A DNA stretch of 64,000 bases from Acidimicrobiales bacterium (lineage in GTDB: Bacteria > Actinomycetota > Acidimicrobiia > Acidimicrobiales > SZUA-35), in NCBI GenBank assembly GCA_024638815.1, contig JAHEJM010000005.1, forward strand, positions 27,040 through 91,039, written 5' to 3'. Below the pieces are notes generated by a model. That model saw only the letters and a list, made by a program, of their open reading frames with translations, searched no databases and was not told the origin of the DNA. A program made the position numbers and the translations under genes. This document shows, in pieces, positions 9,319 to 18,972 of this stretch; position 1 is the stretch's first letter; every line of letters begins with the position of its first letter.

Positions 9319-9996
9319 CTACGATCCGGTGCCGCCGGAGCCCCTTGACGACGCGTCGACCACGGCGTCGATGATTCCCAGCGCCATCGCTTCGCCCGAG
9401 TTGTGCCAACCTCCGGCTTCGAGTTCCCGGGCCAGGAACGTCTCGTCCTGACCCGTGGCCGCAGCCAGGGAGTTCAGATACTGCCTCCGGATCTCCGCCA
9501 GTTCCTCGGCCTGACGGACGATGTCGCTGGTCGTGCCCTCGATCCGCTGTTCTTGATCGCTTCGCAGTGAGAAGCGAGCGTGGGGAGCAGCCCGACGATG
9601 CCCGGTGCCGGCCGCAACCAGTGCCACGGCGGTGCCGGACGCGTTACCGATACACGTGACGTTGACCCGGGCCCGCATCAGATCGAGAACATCGAGCACG
9701 GCCAGGATGTCGCTCTGTCGGCCGCCGATACTGTTGACCACAAGCTCCACGTCCCGACTCGACAACCCGTCGAGAGCCATCAACTCGGCCGTCAATCGAG
9801 TCACAGTGTGGTGGTCGAGCGGTCCGCTGACGAGTATCCGACGCTGTTCGGCCAGCTGCTCCCGCACCGCGCCGGCCGCTGCATCGACCGTGGGAACGAC
9901 GACCGGTACAACCGGCGGGGTTCGCCCCGGCGGTTCCCGTGGCGGGAACAGCGGGGGAATCTCCGGGTAGTCGGGGGGTTGTCCAGGCACGTCCAT
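9319..9996 (-). CDS. ClpP-fold (peptidase S14-like) protein, predicted catalytically inactive
   Basis: It aligns by eye to ClpP over RILVSGPLD...VNSIGG...VTCIGNASGTAVALVAAGTGHRR...GIIDAVV. Gly/Ser-shifted, Arg and Gly occupy the Ser-His-Asp positions. The N-terminus is Pro-rich. The ATG immediately follows the XRE gene's TGA, with AAGGAG just upstream. Confidence 0.65.
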   Translation of the reverse strand: MDVPGQPPDYPEIPPLFPPREPPGRTPPVVPVVVPTVDAAAGAVREQLAEQRRILVSGPLDHHTVTRLTAELMALDGLSSRDVELVVNSIGGRQSDILAVLDVLDLMRARVNVTCIGNASGTAVALVAAGTGHRRAAPHARFSLRSDQEQRIEGTTSDIVRQAEELAEIRRQYLNSLAAATGQDETFLARELEAGGWHNSGEAMALGIIDAVVDASSRGSGGTGS

Positions 9997-10266
9997 TCAC
10001 TCCTTGGCGCGGTGACGAACGGCGAAACCGATGTCGGCGTCGATGGCTGCGGCATAGCGGGCCAAGGTCGAGAGCCGAACGTCGGTCCGACCCGATTCGA
10101 GGCGGGCCAACGCCGACTGCGACGTGCCCATACGAGCCGCCACCTCGGTCTGGGAAAGCCCGCGCGCCGCCCGTGCCGCCGTGAGCGCGGCGATGACGTC
10201 GGCGGTATTGCCGGTCATCGACTCGAAGCCGGGGAACACCGATCGTTCGTCGTTCTCGTCGGCCAT
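9997..10266 (-). CDS. XRE-family helix-turn-helix transcriptional regulator (antitoxin-like), 89 aa
   Basis: The HTH reads RGLSQTEVAARMGTSQSALARLESGRTDVRLSTLARYAAAIDADI. I chose the ATG at 10266 (MADENDER). The track ORF's upstream 27 codons run into an AT-rich operator-like region. Confidence 0.8.
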   Translation of the reverse strand: MADENDERSVFPGFESMTGNTADVIAALTAARAARGLSQTEVAARMGTSQSALARLESGRTDVRLSTLARYAAAIDADIGFAVRHRAKE

Positions 10267-10294
10267 ATCGACGACAATATCGCATATTCGATAT
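10265..10294. promoter_or_regulatory. candidate operator/promoter of the XRE gene
   Basis: There are three hexamer half-sites with 12-nt spacing: ATATCG (10265-10270, overlapping the start codon), ATATCG (10277-10282) and CGATAT (10289-10294). This patch is AT-rich in a GC-rich genome. On the minus strand, TATTGT lies about 7 nt before the ATG and no SD is present, which is consistent with a leaderless mRNA. Confidence 0.4.
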
Positions 10295-10395
10295 AACCCA
10301 ACACCGGTCCGTCCTGCTTGTAGTATTCGGCGATCACGGCGTGGCAACGGCCCGGTACCGAGGAGAGCGAGAGGACTGACGGCCGTCAGGGGGCT

Positions 10396-11244
10396 TCACG
10401 CCTTGATTCCGCTCGTAGCAAAGACTCGATGGGCAACGACAAGCTCGCCCGGAAACTCTCGAGCCAGCAGGTCGGCGAGCTCGGTGTCGAAGCGTTCGAC
10501 GTGCTCGACACCCAGGGCCGCCCCGACCCCGTTGCACGTCCGGATACGACCGCGCCAGCTCTCGTGACTGAAGGGGACATCGGCTACATAGCTGAAGCTC
10601 TCAACCTCCCGGAAACCCGACTCATCGAGAGCCCGCACCTGTTCGGGGTGTATGCCGCGCCAGCCTGCCTTGGTCCAACCGGGGTTGTGCTTCAGAATCA
10701 GCTCCTCGGTACGATCGGCCACATTGCCGACCATTGCGACGTAGCTGAAGTTGCAGATGAGCAAGCGCCCGCCGTTGACAAGAATGCGAATCGCTTCTCG
10801 TGTGGCAGCCTCGGCATCGAACCACCACCAGCATTGACCGGCGCTCACAAGGTCGAAACCGGCGTCATCCTGGCCCGTGGCCTCGGCCCGACCCTCAACG
10901 AAGCGCGCCGGCAGCCCGCGCTCGACAGCAACCCGGGTTGCGACCTCGAGAAGCTCGGGGGAGATATCAAGCCCCGTCGCCTCGAGCCCACGAGCAGCGA
11001 AGCCCAAAGCGAGCGATCCGGTACCCGTGCCGAGATCGAGAACGCGTTGCCCGGCGACAATCCACCCGATGGACAGCAGCCGGTCAAGAAAGCTGTCCGG
11101 GAACCCCGGGCGGTAACGCTCATAGTCGAAAACAGCGCGACCAAAATCGATCTCCCGACCCTCGTGGTCCCTCGGTGCCGTGCCTTCGCCTATCGGTACA
11201 GGCTATACCGCCGAGGAGCCGACGGCAGGGCGTACAACGCCCAT
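10396..11244 (-). pseudogene. class I SAM-dependent methyltransferase interrupted by an in-frame TAG at codon 14 (or using a non-canonical start)
   Basis: SAM motif I VLDLGTGTGS and the typical FDYERYRPGFP region lie upstream of the first canonical start (TTG 11007). An in-frame ATG at 11244, 3 nt after the upstream gene's stop, is followed by TAG at 11203-11205. No ATG, GTG or TTG occurs in the 65 codons between them. Confidence 0.55.
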
Positions 11245-11247
11245 GGA

Positions 11248-12006
11248 TCACAAACGGCGACCGGCCATTGCCAGGACGTTGTCGGGCAGAGGAATGCCGG
11301 CCTTCAACAGGGGGTCGGGTTCGGGCGTTCCCAGTGTGGTGGTGACCGGAATCACGCCGGCCCAGACATCGACGTCGTAGTCCTCCTCATCGTCGATTGG
11401 TGGGCCTGTGCGGACCTTGGCCGAGGCGTTGTTCAGCGACAGCTGCAGCACCGACGTGCCCTGAGCCTCCTTGGCCGTGGTCGGTCGCAGCTCGGCCTGA
11501 CGACCCGGCACCAGCCGCTCGGTGAAGTACTCGAGCGCGGCGGCCTTGGCTTCGGGTTCGACGATCGGTAGGGCTCGGCCGATGACCACCACCGACCGGT
11601 AGTTCATGGAGTGGTGAAACGACGATCGAGCCAGGACGAGGCCATCGAGCAGCGTCATGGTCACACAGACGTCGAATGGTTCGTCGGCCGGCGTCCGAGC
11701 CCGTCGGATCACTCCCGACGCCGGGGCGCCATGCATCAGCAGCCAGTCGTCTCGACGGACACAGAACATGGGGATGACGAGCGGTTCACCATCCCGCACC
11801 GTCCCGACATGACCGACGAGAGCAGCATCGATGATCTCGTCGATGACGGCTCGGTCGTAGCTGGCCCGATTGGCCGCCCGCCGGATCCGAACGGAGTCGG
11901 GAACGGACTCGTAGTGGGATGCTGTCTCTGGTTCGGTGCTCACCGGACCAGGGTACGAGCGGGCCCGGCGTGTCTCAAGCCCGTTTCCGTTGAGGCCGTC
12001 GTCCAC
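11248..12006 (-). CDS. pyridoxamine 5'-phosphate oxidase-like FMN-binding family protein
   Basis: The pattern VGHVGTVRDGEPLVIPMFCVRRDDWLLMHG...SMNYRSVVVIGRA...WAGVIPV matches PNPOx-like split-barrel proteins. GTG at 11943 is an alternative start. Confidence 0.6.
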   Translation of the reverse strand: MDDGLNGNGLETRRARSYPGPVSTEPETASHYESVPDSVRIRRAANRASYDRAVIDEIIDAALVGHVGTVRDGEPLVIPMFCVRRDDWLLMHGAPASGVIRRARTPADEPFDVCVTMTLLDGLVLARSSFHHSMNYRSVVVIGRALPIVEPEAKAAALEYFTERLVPGRQAELRPTTAKEAQGTSVLQLSLNNASAKVRTGPPIDDEEDYDVDVWAGVIPVTTTLGTPEPDPLLKAGIPLPDNVLAMAGRRL

Positions 12007-12102
12007 CTCGCACCGGAAATCCGGTCCTTGGTCACTCCTGGCTGCGATGTGCCACCGCCGGCGGCGCCGTCGTGCTGCTGACGTCGGCCGCCATGGCGCT
12101 GG

Positions 12103-13260
12103 CTACAGGGTGGCCAGACTCCGGGTCAGATCCCGGTGCAGGTCTTCGACGTCCTCCAGCCCGACCGAGACACGAACCAGGCCGTCGCCGATACCGACCT
12201 GGGCTCGAGCCTCGGGACCGAGACGACGGTGGGTGGTGGTGGCGGGATGGGTGACCAGGGTCTTCGAGTCACCGATGTTGTTGGAGATGTCGCACAACTC
12301 GAGCCCGTCGACAAAGGCGAACGCCGAGTCCTTGTCGCCGACGTCGATGGTGATGATGGTGCCACCGGCGGTCATCTGCTTGTGGGCCAGTTTGCTTTGG
12401 GGGTGGGAGTCGAGCCAGGGATACCGAATCGTATGGCCGTCGGCCTCCAGCCGCCGGGCCAGCTCCAAGGCCGCTGCCGACTGGGCGTCGACGCGAAGTC
12501 GTAAGGTTTCCATGCCCTTGGCCAAGACCCAGGCGTTGAACGGGCTCAGACTGGGTCCGGTGTGGCGCATGAACGGCACCACGAACTGTTTGATGTAGTC
12601 CTCGGTGCCGAGCACGGCTCCGCCCAACACGCGACCCTGGCCGTCGATGTGCTTGGTGGCCGAGTAGACGACGACATCGGCACCCAGCTCCAACGGCTTC
12701 TGCAACACCGGGGTGGCGAACACGTTGTCCACCACGAGTACGGCCCCGGCGTCGTGGGCCATCGAGGCCACGGCGGCCAGGTCGATCAGCTCCAGGCTGG
12801 GATTGGACGGCGTTTCCACGAAGACGGCCTTGGCCCCGGTGGCCAGAGCCCGATCCCAGGCGGCGGGATCGGTGCCGTCGACCAGCACGGTTTCGACACC
12901 GAACCGGGGCAGGATCTCGGTCAGGATGACGAAACAGGAGCCGAACAGGGCCCGGGACGCGACCACCCGATCACCGGCGCCGACCATGGAGGCCAGCGAG
13001 GCGAAGACGGCGGCCATTCCGCTGGCCATGGCCCGACACGACTCGGCCCCCTCGATCAACCGCAGCCGCTCCTCGAAGGTGGAGACGGTGGGATTTCCGT
13101 AGCGGGAGTAGATGTAGCGGTCGTGTTCGCCGGCAAAGGCCGCTTCGGCCTCGGCCGCCGACCCGTACACGTAGCCGGACGTCAGGAAAAGCCCTTCGGC
13201 CGTTTCATCGAAGTGGGTGCGATGCAGGCCACCCCGTACCAGATTCGTTGCTTCCGACAT
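12103..13260 (-). CDS. metZ: O-succinylhomoserine sulfhydrylase (Cys/Met-metabolism PLP enzyme family)
   Basis: 385 aa. The N-terminus reads VRGGLHRTHFDETAEGLFLTSGYVY, the PLP-lysine motif is YSATKHIDGQGR, and the C-terminus carries THPATTTH. Confidence 0.8.
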   Translation of the reverse strand: MSEATNLVRGGLHRTHFDETAEGLFLTSGYVYGSAAEAEAAFAGEHDRYIYSRYGNPTVSTFEERLRLIEGAESCRAMASGMAAVFASLASMVGAGDRVVASRALFGSCFVILTEILPRFGVETVLVDGTDPAAWDRALATGAKAVFVETPSNPSLELIDLAAVASMAHDAGAVLVVDNVFATPVLQKPLELGADVVVYSATKHIDGQGRVLGGAVLGTEDYIKQFVVPFMRHTGPSLSPFNAWVLAKGMETLRLRVDAQSAAALELARRLEADGHTIRYPWLDSHPQSKLAHKQMTAGGTIITIDVGDKDSAFAFVDGLELCDISNNIGDSKTLVTHPATTTHRRLGPEARAQVGIGDGLVRVSVGLEDVEDLHRDLTRSLATL

Positions 13261-13298
13261 AGTGCTCCGATCGCCGGCCCGGCGTTTCTCGCCGTCGC

Positions 13299-13721
13299 TC
13301 AGCCCTGAATCCAGGGAAGATGTTCCTTCCAGCCGCCGTGGCGATGACGATCAGGCCCGATATCACCCTCGAATCCGGCCGACACGTTGTGGGCGTTGGC
13401 ATAGCCGGCGGCTTTGAGCACCTCGGCCGCAGCCTGCGAACGGGCCCCTGATCGGCACAGCACCAGGATGTGCTGGTCGGGCCGGACGCCTCCGGTGGTT
13501 TGATCGATGAAGCCGGGATTGGGGGCGCCGGTCGGGTAGCTCGTCCACTCCACCAGTCTGACCTCCTTGCCGATGGAGCTCAGGTCGGGCACGCCGACGA
13601 AGTTCCACTCGGCCATGGTTCGGACATCGACCAGGACGGCGCCGGGGTCGTTGCTCAGCATGTCCCACGTCTCATCCAGGGTCAGCTGTCGTACCGGTTC
13701 GCTGCTGGTGGATTGGCTCAC
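13299..13721 (-). CDS. rhodanese-like sulfurtransferase domain protein
   Basis: 140 aa with the active-site loop CRSGARS in VLCRSGARSQAAAEVLKAAGY. Confidence 0.85.
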   Translation of the reverse strand: MSQSTSSEPVRQLTLDETWDMLSNDPGAVLVDVRTMAEWNFVGVPDLSSIGKEVRLVEWTSYPTGAPNPGFIDQTTGGVRPDQHILVLCRSGARSQAAAEVLKAAGYANAHNVSAGFEGDIGPDRHRHGGWKEHLPWIQG

Positions 13722-13757
13722 GCCCTCACCCTAGTAGTGCGTGAGGCCGAAAGTCGA

Positions 13758-14336
13758 TCAGTTTGGTAGGGAATTGAATCGGATTTCCACACCGAACTCC
13801 TCTCCGGCGTCGATCAGGCACTCCTCCAGGTATCGACCATACGATCGGCTGCACATGATCAGATAGCCGGGGGCGGAACCGCCCAGGTAGCCGTCGGCCC
13901 GGACGATGTCGCATGCCACCTTGGCCACGCCGGCCGACACCGCCGCCCCGTTCGGGGTCATGGCCTCCGACCAATCGAGGCTGCAGATCTTTTCCAGAAC
14001 CGAGCCGGCGTGCGGTCCGGCCAGGTGAAACGTGGCAATCCCGGGGTCCAGATGCACGGCGTGGACGTGTTCGAAGCCGGGAGCAGCCGACAACGACGAC
14101 CAGAGGGCCCGGACCCGGTCCCGGGTACCGATCAACCAGATCTCGTCCGGTCGGATCCCGGCCACCACCATGTGATCGCCCTTGGCCCTGGCCGTTTCCC
14201 CCTCACCGGGCTCGATCTCGACCAGTGCGGATCGGGCGAAGGCCACGCCGAGGCGGTCGAACACGTCCGAGCCCACCGCCTTCAAGGCCAGCGGGCCGAT
14301 ACCGGCCCGCACCGTCAGCACGGTCGGATCAGCCAC
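13758..14336 (-). CDS. soxG: sarcosine oxidase subunit gamma
   Basis: 192 aa. It occupies the terminal position in the soxBDAG order, and its GTG start overlaps the soxA stop by 8 nt. It has a GcvT-like small-subunit pattern (ATFHLAGPHAGSVLEKICSLD). Confidence 0.75.
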   Translation of the reverse strand: MADPTVLTVRAGIGPLALKAVGSDVFDRLGVAFARSALVEIEPGEGETARAKGDHMVVAGIRPDEIWLIGTRDRVRALWSSLSAAPGFEHVHAVHLDPGIATFHLAGPHAGSVLEKICSLDWSEAMTPNGAAVSAGVAKVACDIVRADGYLGGSAPGYLIMCSRSYGRYLEECLIDAGEEFGVEIRFNSLPN

Positions 14337-17298
14337 GAAGTCTGACTCCTTCGGGGTCGAAGTGGGCGTGGTGGGCCTGGATCTCGGCCGTCACCCGACG
14401 ACCATCGATCAGGAGCACGGTGACCGCCGTGCCGGCGGGGGCCAGGTCGGAGCGAACCTGCCCGAGGCAGATCGAGCGGCCCAGCGTCGGTGACATCCGA
14501 GACGAGGTGATCCGACCCACGATCTCGTTGGTTCCGGGACGAAGCAGTTGGCACGCCTCGTCGGGCACGATCTCGGGGTTGGTGGGCTGGAGGGCCACCA
14601 GACACGGCTCCGTCGGCGCCCGTTCATCGCCGGTGCCGTCCCAGACCAGTTCCGGCCGGCCCACAGAATCGGGCTTGTCGAGGGCGACCAGGCGACCCAG
14701 GCCGAGTGCTCCGGCCTTGGTCAGACCGTCGGTGTCCTGGCCCACGATGAAATGGCCCTTCTCCAGCCGCATGATGCGCTGGGCCTCGACCCCGAACGGG
14801 GCCAGCCCGAGATCATCGCCGTGATCGAGGGCGGCCTGCCACACCTCCAGCCCTCGATCGGCCGGCACGTGGACCTCGTACGACAGCTCGCCGGTGAACC
14901 CGATGCGCCACACCACACAGTCCTCGACACCGGCCACCGTGGCGATGCGAACCTGCATGTAGCCGAATCGTTCCGGCTCGAGATCGAGCTCCGGGGCCAG
15001 GCGACTCAGCAGCATCCGGCTCTTGGGCCCGGCCAGATTCATGCTGGCAAAGACGTCGGTCACCGGGGTGACCGACACCTGCCACTTCGGCCGCTCGGTC
15101 TGGAGCCAGTTCTCCATCCATTCACCCACTGCGGCCGCACCGGAACTGGTCGTGGTCAGGAGATACCGGTCGGTCGCCAACCGCCCGGTCACGCCGTCGT
15201 CAAAGACCACCCCGTCGTCGGTGCACATCACCCCGTAGCGAACCGCTCCCACCGCCAGCTTGGACCACCGATTCACGTACACGAGGTTCAACAGGTCGGT
15301 GACATTCGGGCCCCGCAGGTCGAACTTGCCCAGCGGGCTGACGTCGATGATGCCGACGTTGCTGCGGGTGTTGACCACCTCGGCCGCCGGATCGCCGTAA
15401 TGATCGGGCCGAATCCAAACTCCGGCCGACAACGGAACCGCCCCATTGGACTCATGCCAGTCGTGCATCGGGGAACGTCGGGTCGGTTCGAACACCCGCC
15501 CGGCCAGCGCTCCCAGACTGACGGGGGCAAAGGGCGGACGCCACACCGTGGTCCCGACCTGCTCGATGGTCTCGCCCCTGGCCTCGGCCAGCACGGCCAC
15601 GGTATTGACCGTCTCCAGCTTGCCCTGGGACGGGCCCATGGTGGCGGTGGTGAACCGCTTGAGCAGCTCGACCGAGTCATAGCCCTCGGCGGCGGCGGCC
15701 ACCAGGTCCTTGGACGACACATCCTCGGAGAAGTCGACCATGCCGTGGGTCGACGACCGGAACAGGGCGGGATGAGGATCGGGTGCGAAGTCGGGGCGGT
15801 CGTCGTCGGGCCATGGCGGCTCCGGCCCATCGACGGCCCGGGCCCGCGCCGTCGAGAACCGCAGCCGATGCGAGGTCAACGCGGCCCGACCGGCGGCCAA
15901 ACGGCCGGTGGCCCGGGCGTGGTCGAGCAGCTCGTCCAGTGACCCATCACCCACCAGCCCACCGGTTGCCAGCACCGTGTCCAGCGCCGCCCCGGGGACG
16001 AACCGCGCCCCGGCGTCGTGATAGACGGGTCGATCGCCGGCCATGTTGAGCAACGAGGTCGGTGCCGTCCAGCCGATGGCGATGACCAGCAGGTCGGCTT
16101 CGACTCGTGATCCGTCGTTGCGCTCCACCTCTTCCAGCCGCCGGGCCGGTCCGTGGGCGGCGACCACATCGCCACCGGCCCTGGCATCGACCACCGCCGC
16201 CACCTCGACCCCGGCCGACTCGAGGATCTCGACCGCACGGTCACCGTCGGCGTTGGCCGTCAACACCACGGCCCGTCGACCGGGCCGGACGGCATAGCCG
16301 TTGATCAGCCGTCGGACCGCCCCCGAGGTCATGACCCCGGGTTTGTCATTGCCGGCGAAGACATAGGGCCTCTCGATCAGGCCGGGGGCCACCACCAGGC
16401 TCTTGGCCCGAGCCTTGATCAGCCGCTCCACCACCCCGGGATGGCTGCGCTGATTGATGGCCAACCAGTTGTCTTCGTAGCGACCGGTCACGGTGGAGTC
16501 GACCAGCACCTCGACGCCCAGCCGATCGAGCTCACGGCCCAACCCGGCCACCACGGCCCGTTGGCCGGCGTCACCGAAACGCAGATGACCTCCGAGGGCC
16601 GGTTCGTGTTCGACCAGCATGACGCGGGCGCCGGCTTCGGCCGCGGCCACGGCAGCAGTCATGCCGGCCGGACCGGCTCCCGCCACCACCACGTCGGGGT
16701 GGCTGTACCGCTTGTCGTAGTAGCCGTGAGGGGTGTCGATGTCGACGGAGCCCCCGGGGGCAAAAGTGGCCAGTACCCGTTCATAGGCCGGCCATAGTCG
16801 CCGGGGGCGGACGAATGTCTTGTAATAGAAGCCGGCGGTGAGGAAACGGCCGACCAGCCCGTTGGCCGCCTTGATGTCATGCTCGACCGACGGCCAGACG
16901 TTCTGGGCCGACACCTCCATGCCCGGGGCCAGCAACCGGTGGGCGGAACGGACATTGGGTTCGTCGCCGACCTGGACCAGACTGTTGGGGTCCCAATAGT
17001 CGGCGGTCAGATAGGACCGGGGCCGGTGGTATTTCATGCTCCGGCTGATGAGCTGGACATCGTTGGCCAGCAGGGCCGAGGCGATGGTGTCACCCTCGAG
17101 ACCGACCAGATCGGTGCCGTTCCACCGAAACCGAATCGGGCGACGACGATCGACCACCTCTCCCGACCGGGCACCGAGCCTCCCGGTCAGTCTCCCGTCG
17201 TTCCCCTGTCCCGATTCCGTGGGCCCGAGCAGTGGTTTTCCTGGCGTGAGACGCACAGACCGGAGGGAGGGAAGGAAGGGCCGTGAGTCGGATGTCAT
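14329..17298 (-). CDS. soxA: sarcosine oxidase subunit alpha
   Basis: 989 aa from the ATG at 17298, which overlaps the soxD stop (ATGA). It has the dinucleotide fold DVVVAGAGPAGMTAAVAAAEAGARV and a C-terminal aminomethyltransferase-like folate domain. The track ORF's extra 138 N-terminal codons are Arg/Gly-rich and overlap soxD. Confidence 0.85.
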   Translation of the reverse strand: MTSDSRPFLPSLRSVRLTPGKPLLGPTESGQGNDGRLTGRLGARSGEVVDRRRPIRFRWNGTDLVGLEGDTIASALLANDVQLISRSMKYHRPRSYLTADYWDPNSLVQVGDEPNVRSAHRLLAPGMEVSAQNVWPSVEHDIKAANGLVGRFLTAGFYYKTFVRPRRLWPAYERVLATFAPGGSVDIDTPHGYYDKRYSHPDVVVAGAGPAGMTAAVAAAEAGARVMLVEHEPALGGHLRFGDAGQRAVVAGLGRELDRLGVEVLVDSTVTGRYEDNWLAINQRSHPGVVERLIKARAKSLVVAPGLIERPYVFAGNDKPGVMTSGAVRRLINGYAVRPGRRAVVLTANADGDRAVEILESAGVEVAAVVDARAGGDVVAAHGPARRLEEVERNDGSRVEADLLVIAIGWTAPTSLLNMAGDRPVYHDAGARFVPGAALDTVLATGGLVGDGSLDELLDHARATGRLAAGRAALTSHRLRFSTARARAVDGPEPPWPDDDRPDFAPDPHPALFRSSTHGMVDFSEDVSSKDLVAAAAEGYDSVELLKRFTTATMGPSQGKLETVNTVAVLAEARGETIEQVGTTVWRPPFAPVSLGALAGRVFEPTRRSPMHDWHESNGAVPLSAGVWIRPDHYGDPAAEVVNTRSNVGIIDVSPLGKFDLRGPNVTDLLNLVYVNRWSKLAVGAVRYGVMCTDDGVVFDDGVTGRLATDRYLLTTTSSGAAAVGEWMENWLQTERPKWQVSVTPVTDVFASMNLAGPKSRMLLSRLAPELDLEPERFGYMQVRIATVAGVEDCVVWRIGFTGELSYEVHVPADRGLEVWQAALDHGDDLGLAPFGVEAQRIMRLEKGHFIVGQDTDGLTKAGALGLGRLVALDKPDSVGRPELVWDGTGDERAPTEPCLVALQPTNPEIVPDEACQLLRPGTNEIVGRITSSRMSPTLGRSICLGQVRSDLAPAGTAVTVLLIDGRRVTAEIQAHHAHFDPEGVRLRG

Positions 17299-17567
17299 GC
17301 CTTGGCCTCCGGCTTGTCGCCCGGCACCACCGGCGTGCGGAACTGGTTGGAGGCGGTGTGGCGTTCCACCGTGAAAAACCGTCGACATCCGAGCCGGCAA
17401 TACCAGGTCTCCCGCAACCAGCCGGCGGGGTTGGACCGGGTGTAGAGATAGCGCCGCCAGTGCTCGGGCGTGGCCGACTCGGCGTCGGGGCGGGACACCG
17501 ATTCGCCGACGTAGCGCAGATCGGCCGAGTTGCGGGGCCCACAGTGAGGACAGGGAACCAGCAGCAT
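17295..17567 (-). CDS. soxD: sarcosine oxidase subunit delta
   Basis: 90 aa with Zn-type cysteines, MLLVPCPHCGPRN...WYCRLGCRRFF. It lies between soxB and soxA. Confidence 0.85.
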   Translation of the reverse strand: MLLVPCPHCGPRNSADLRYVGESVSRPDAESATPEHWRRYLYTRSNPAGWLRETWYCRLGCRRFFTVERHTASNQFRTPVVPGDKPEAKA

Positions 17568-17603
17568 GGTTACGACCCCTCCGGCGATGTGGATCGAACA
17601 CGG

Positions 17604-18890
17604 TCAGTGGCCAACGGCAGCCGCCCCCTTCTCCCCCACCAGACGACCATGGCCGAATCGGTCGAGACCGAAGGCCTGTATCAGCTCGGGGACCGACTTG
17701 GTGGCCACACATTCGGCCATGGTCTCACCCGAGACCGGGCCGGCCTTGAACCCGTAGGTTCCCCAGCCGACGTCGCACAGGAAGCCCTCGACCGGAGTGA
17801 AGCCCATGATCGGTGAGTAGTCGGGGGTCATGTCGCACAGTCCGGCCCACTGTCTCAGCAGGCGCATCTTGGAGATGCCGGGCATCAGCTCCAGGACGTG
17901 GCCGGCCAGTTCCTCGGTGAACTCCAGTGAACCTCTCACCGAGTAGTTGTTGTAGGGGTCGACCGAGGCCCCGAACACCAGCTCGCCACGATCGGTCTGG
18001 CTGACGTAGACGTGGAGGGAGCCCGACACCACCACCGTGGGCAGGAAGACTTTGACCGGCTCGGTGACCGCGGCCTGAAGCGGCCGGGTCGAGATAGGGA
18101 GTTCGACACCGGCCATGGCCGAGATCAGCGATGCCCAACCGGCGGTGGCGTTGACCACGATCGGGGCCGCGATGTCCCCCTGGCTGGTTCGGACCCCGGT
18201 AACCCGCCCCCCGGCGCCCTTGCCTTCGGGCCCTTCACCGCCCTCGACCAGGATGTCGAGGACCTCGGTCTTCTGGTGGATCTGCACCCCCATGGCGTCG
18301 GCGGCCCGGGCGTAACCCCAGACCACCGCATCATGGCGGATGATGCCGCCGGGCGGATGGTAGAGGGCACCGAGGATGGGGTAGCGGGTGTGATGGCTGA
18401 CATCGAGGCTGGGGGCCAGCTCCTTGACCTGAGCCGGGTCGATGACCGATGAATCGATGCCCTGGAGTTTGTTCACTTCGGCCCGCCACCGCATCGTCCG
18501 CAGCGCGGCGTCGGAATGGGCCAGGGTCAGGTGGCCCCGTCGGGAGAACATCACGTTGATGTTCAGCTCACCGGCCATGTCGTTGTAGAGCTGGAGCGAT
18601 CGGTCGTAGAAGGCCACCCCCTCCGGAGTCAGATAGTTCGACCGGACGATCGCCGTGTTCCGACCCGACCCACCGGAACCGATGTAGGACTTGTCGACCA
18701 CGGCCACCTTGGTGATGCCGTGGTTGCGAGCCAGGTAGTAGGCGGTGGCCAGACCGTGCACCCCGCCGCCGATGATGACCACGTCGTAGCTCGGCCGGAG
18801 CTCGACCTGCCGCCAGGCCCGGGGCCACGAGTCCCCGCTGATCCCTCTTCGGGCCAAACCCAGGGCCGAGTAGCGGGCCGGCGGCTTCAT
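17604..18890 (-). CDS. soxB: sarcosine oxidase subunit beta
   Basis: It has the FAD fold YDVVIIGGGVHGLATAYYLARNHG and GSGGSGRNTAIVRSNY. I prefer the ATG at 18890 (MKPPARYSAL) over the track start at 18962. This leaves a 122-nt divergent regulatory region. Confidence 0.85.
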   Translation of the reverse strand: MKPPARYSALGLARRGISGDSWPRAWRQVELRPSYDVVIIGGGVHGLATAYYLARNHGITKVAVVDKSYIGSGGSGRNTAIVRSNYLTPEGVAFYDRSLQLYNDMAGELNINVMFSRRGHLTLAHSDAALRTMRWRAEVNKLQGIDSSVIDPAQVKELAPSLDVSHHTRYPILGALYHPPGGIIRHDAVVWGYARAADAMGVQIHQKTEVLDILVEGGEGPEGKGAGGRVTGVRTSQGDIAAPIVVNATAGWASLISAMAGVELPISTRPLQAAVTEPVKVFLPTVVVSGSLHVYVSQTDRGELVFGASVDPYNNYSVRGSLEFTEELAGHVLELMPGISKMRLLRQWAGLCDMTPDYSPIMGFTPVEGFLCDVGWGTYGFKAGPVSGETMAECVATKSVPELIQAFGLDRFGHGRLVGEKGAAAVGH

Positions 18891-18972
18891 CCACCATCTC
18901 CGACGGACATCGGTGTCATCGACTCGATGGTAGAGAGCGGGGATTCGGTCGTGAAATATCAATTCATCTAGA

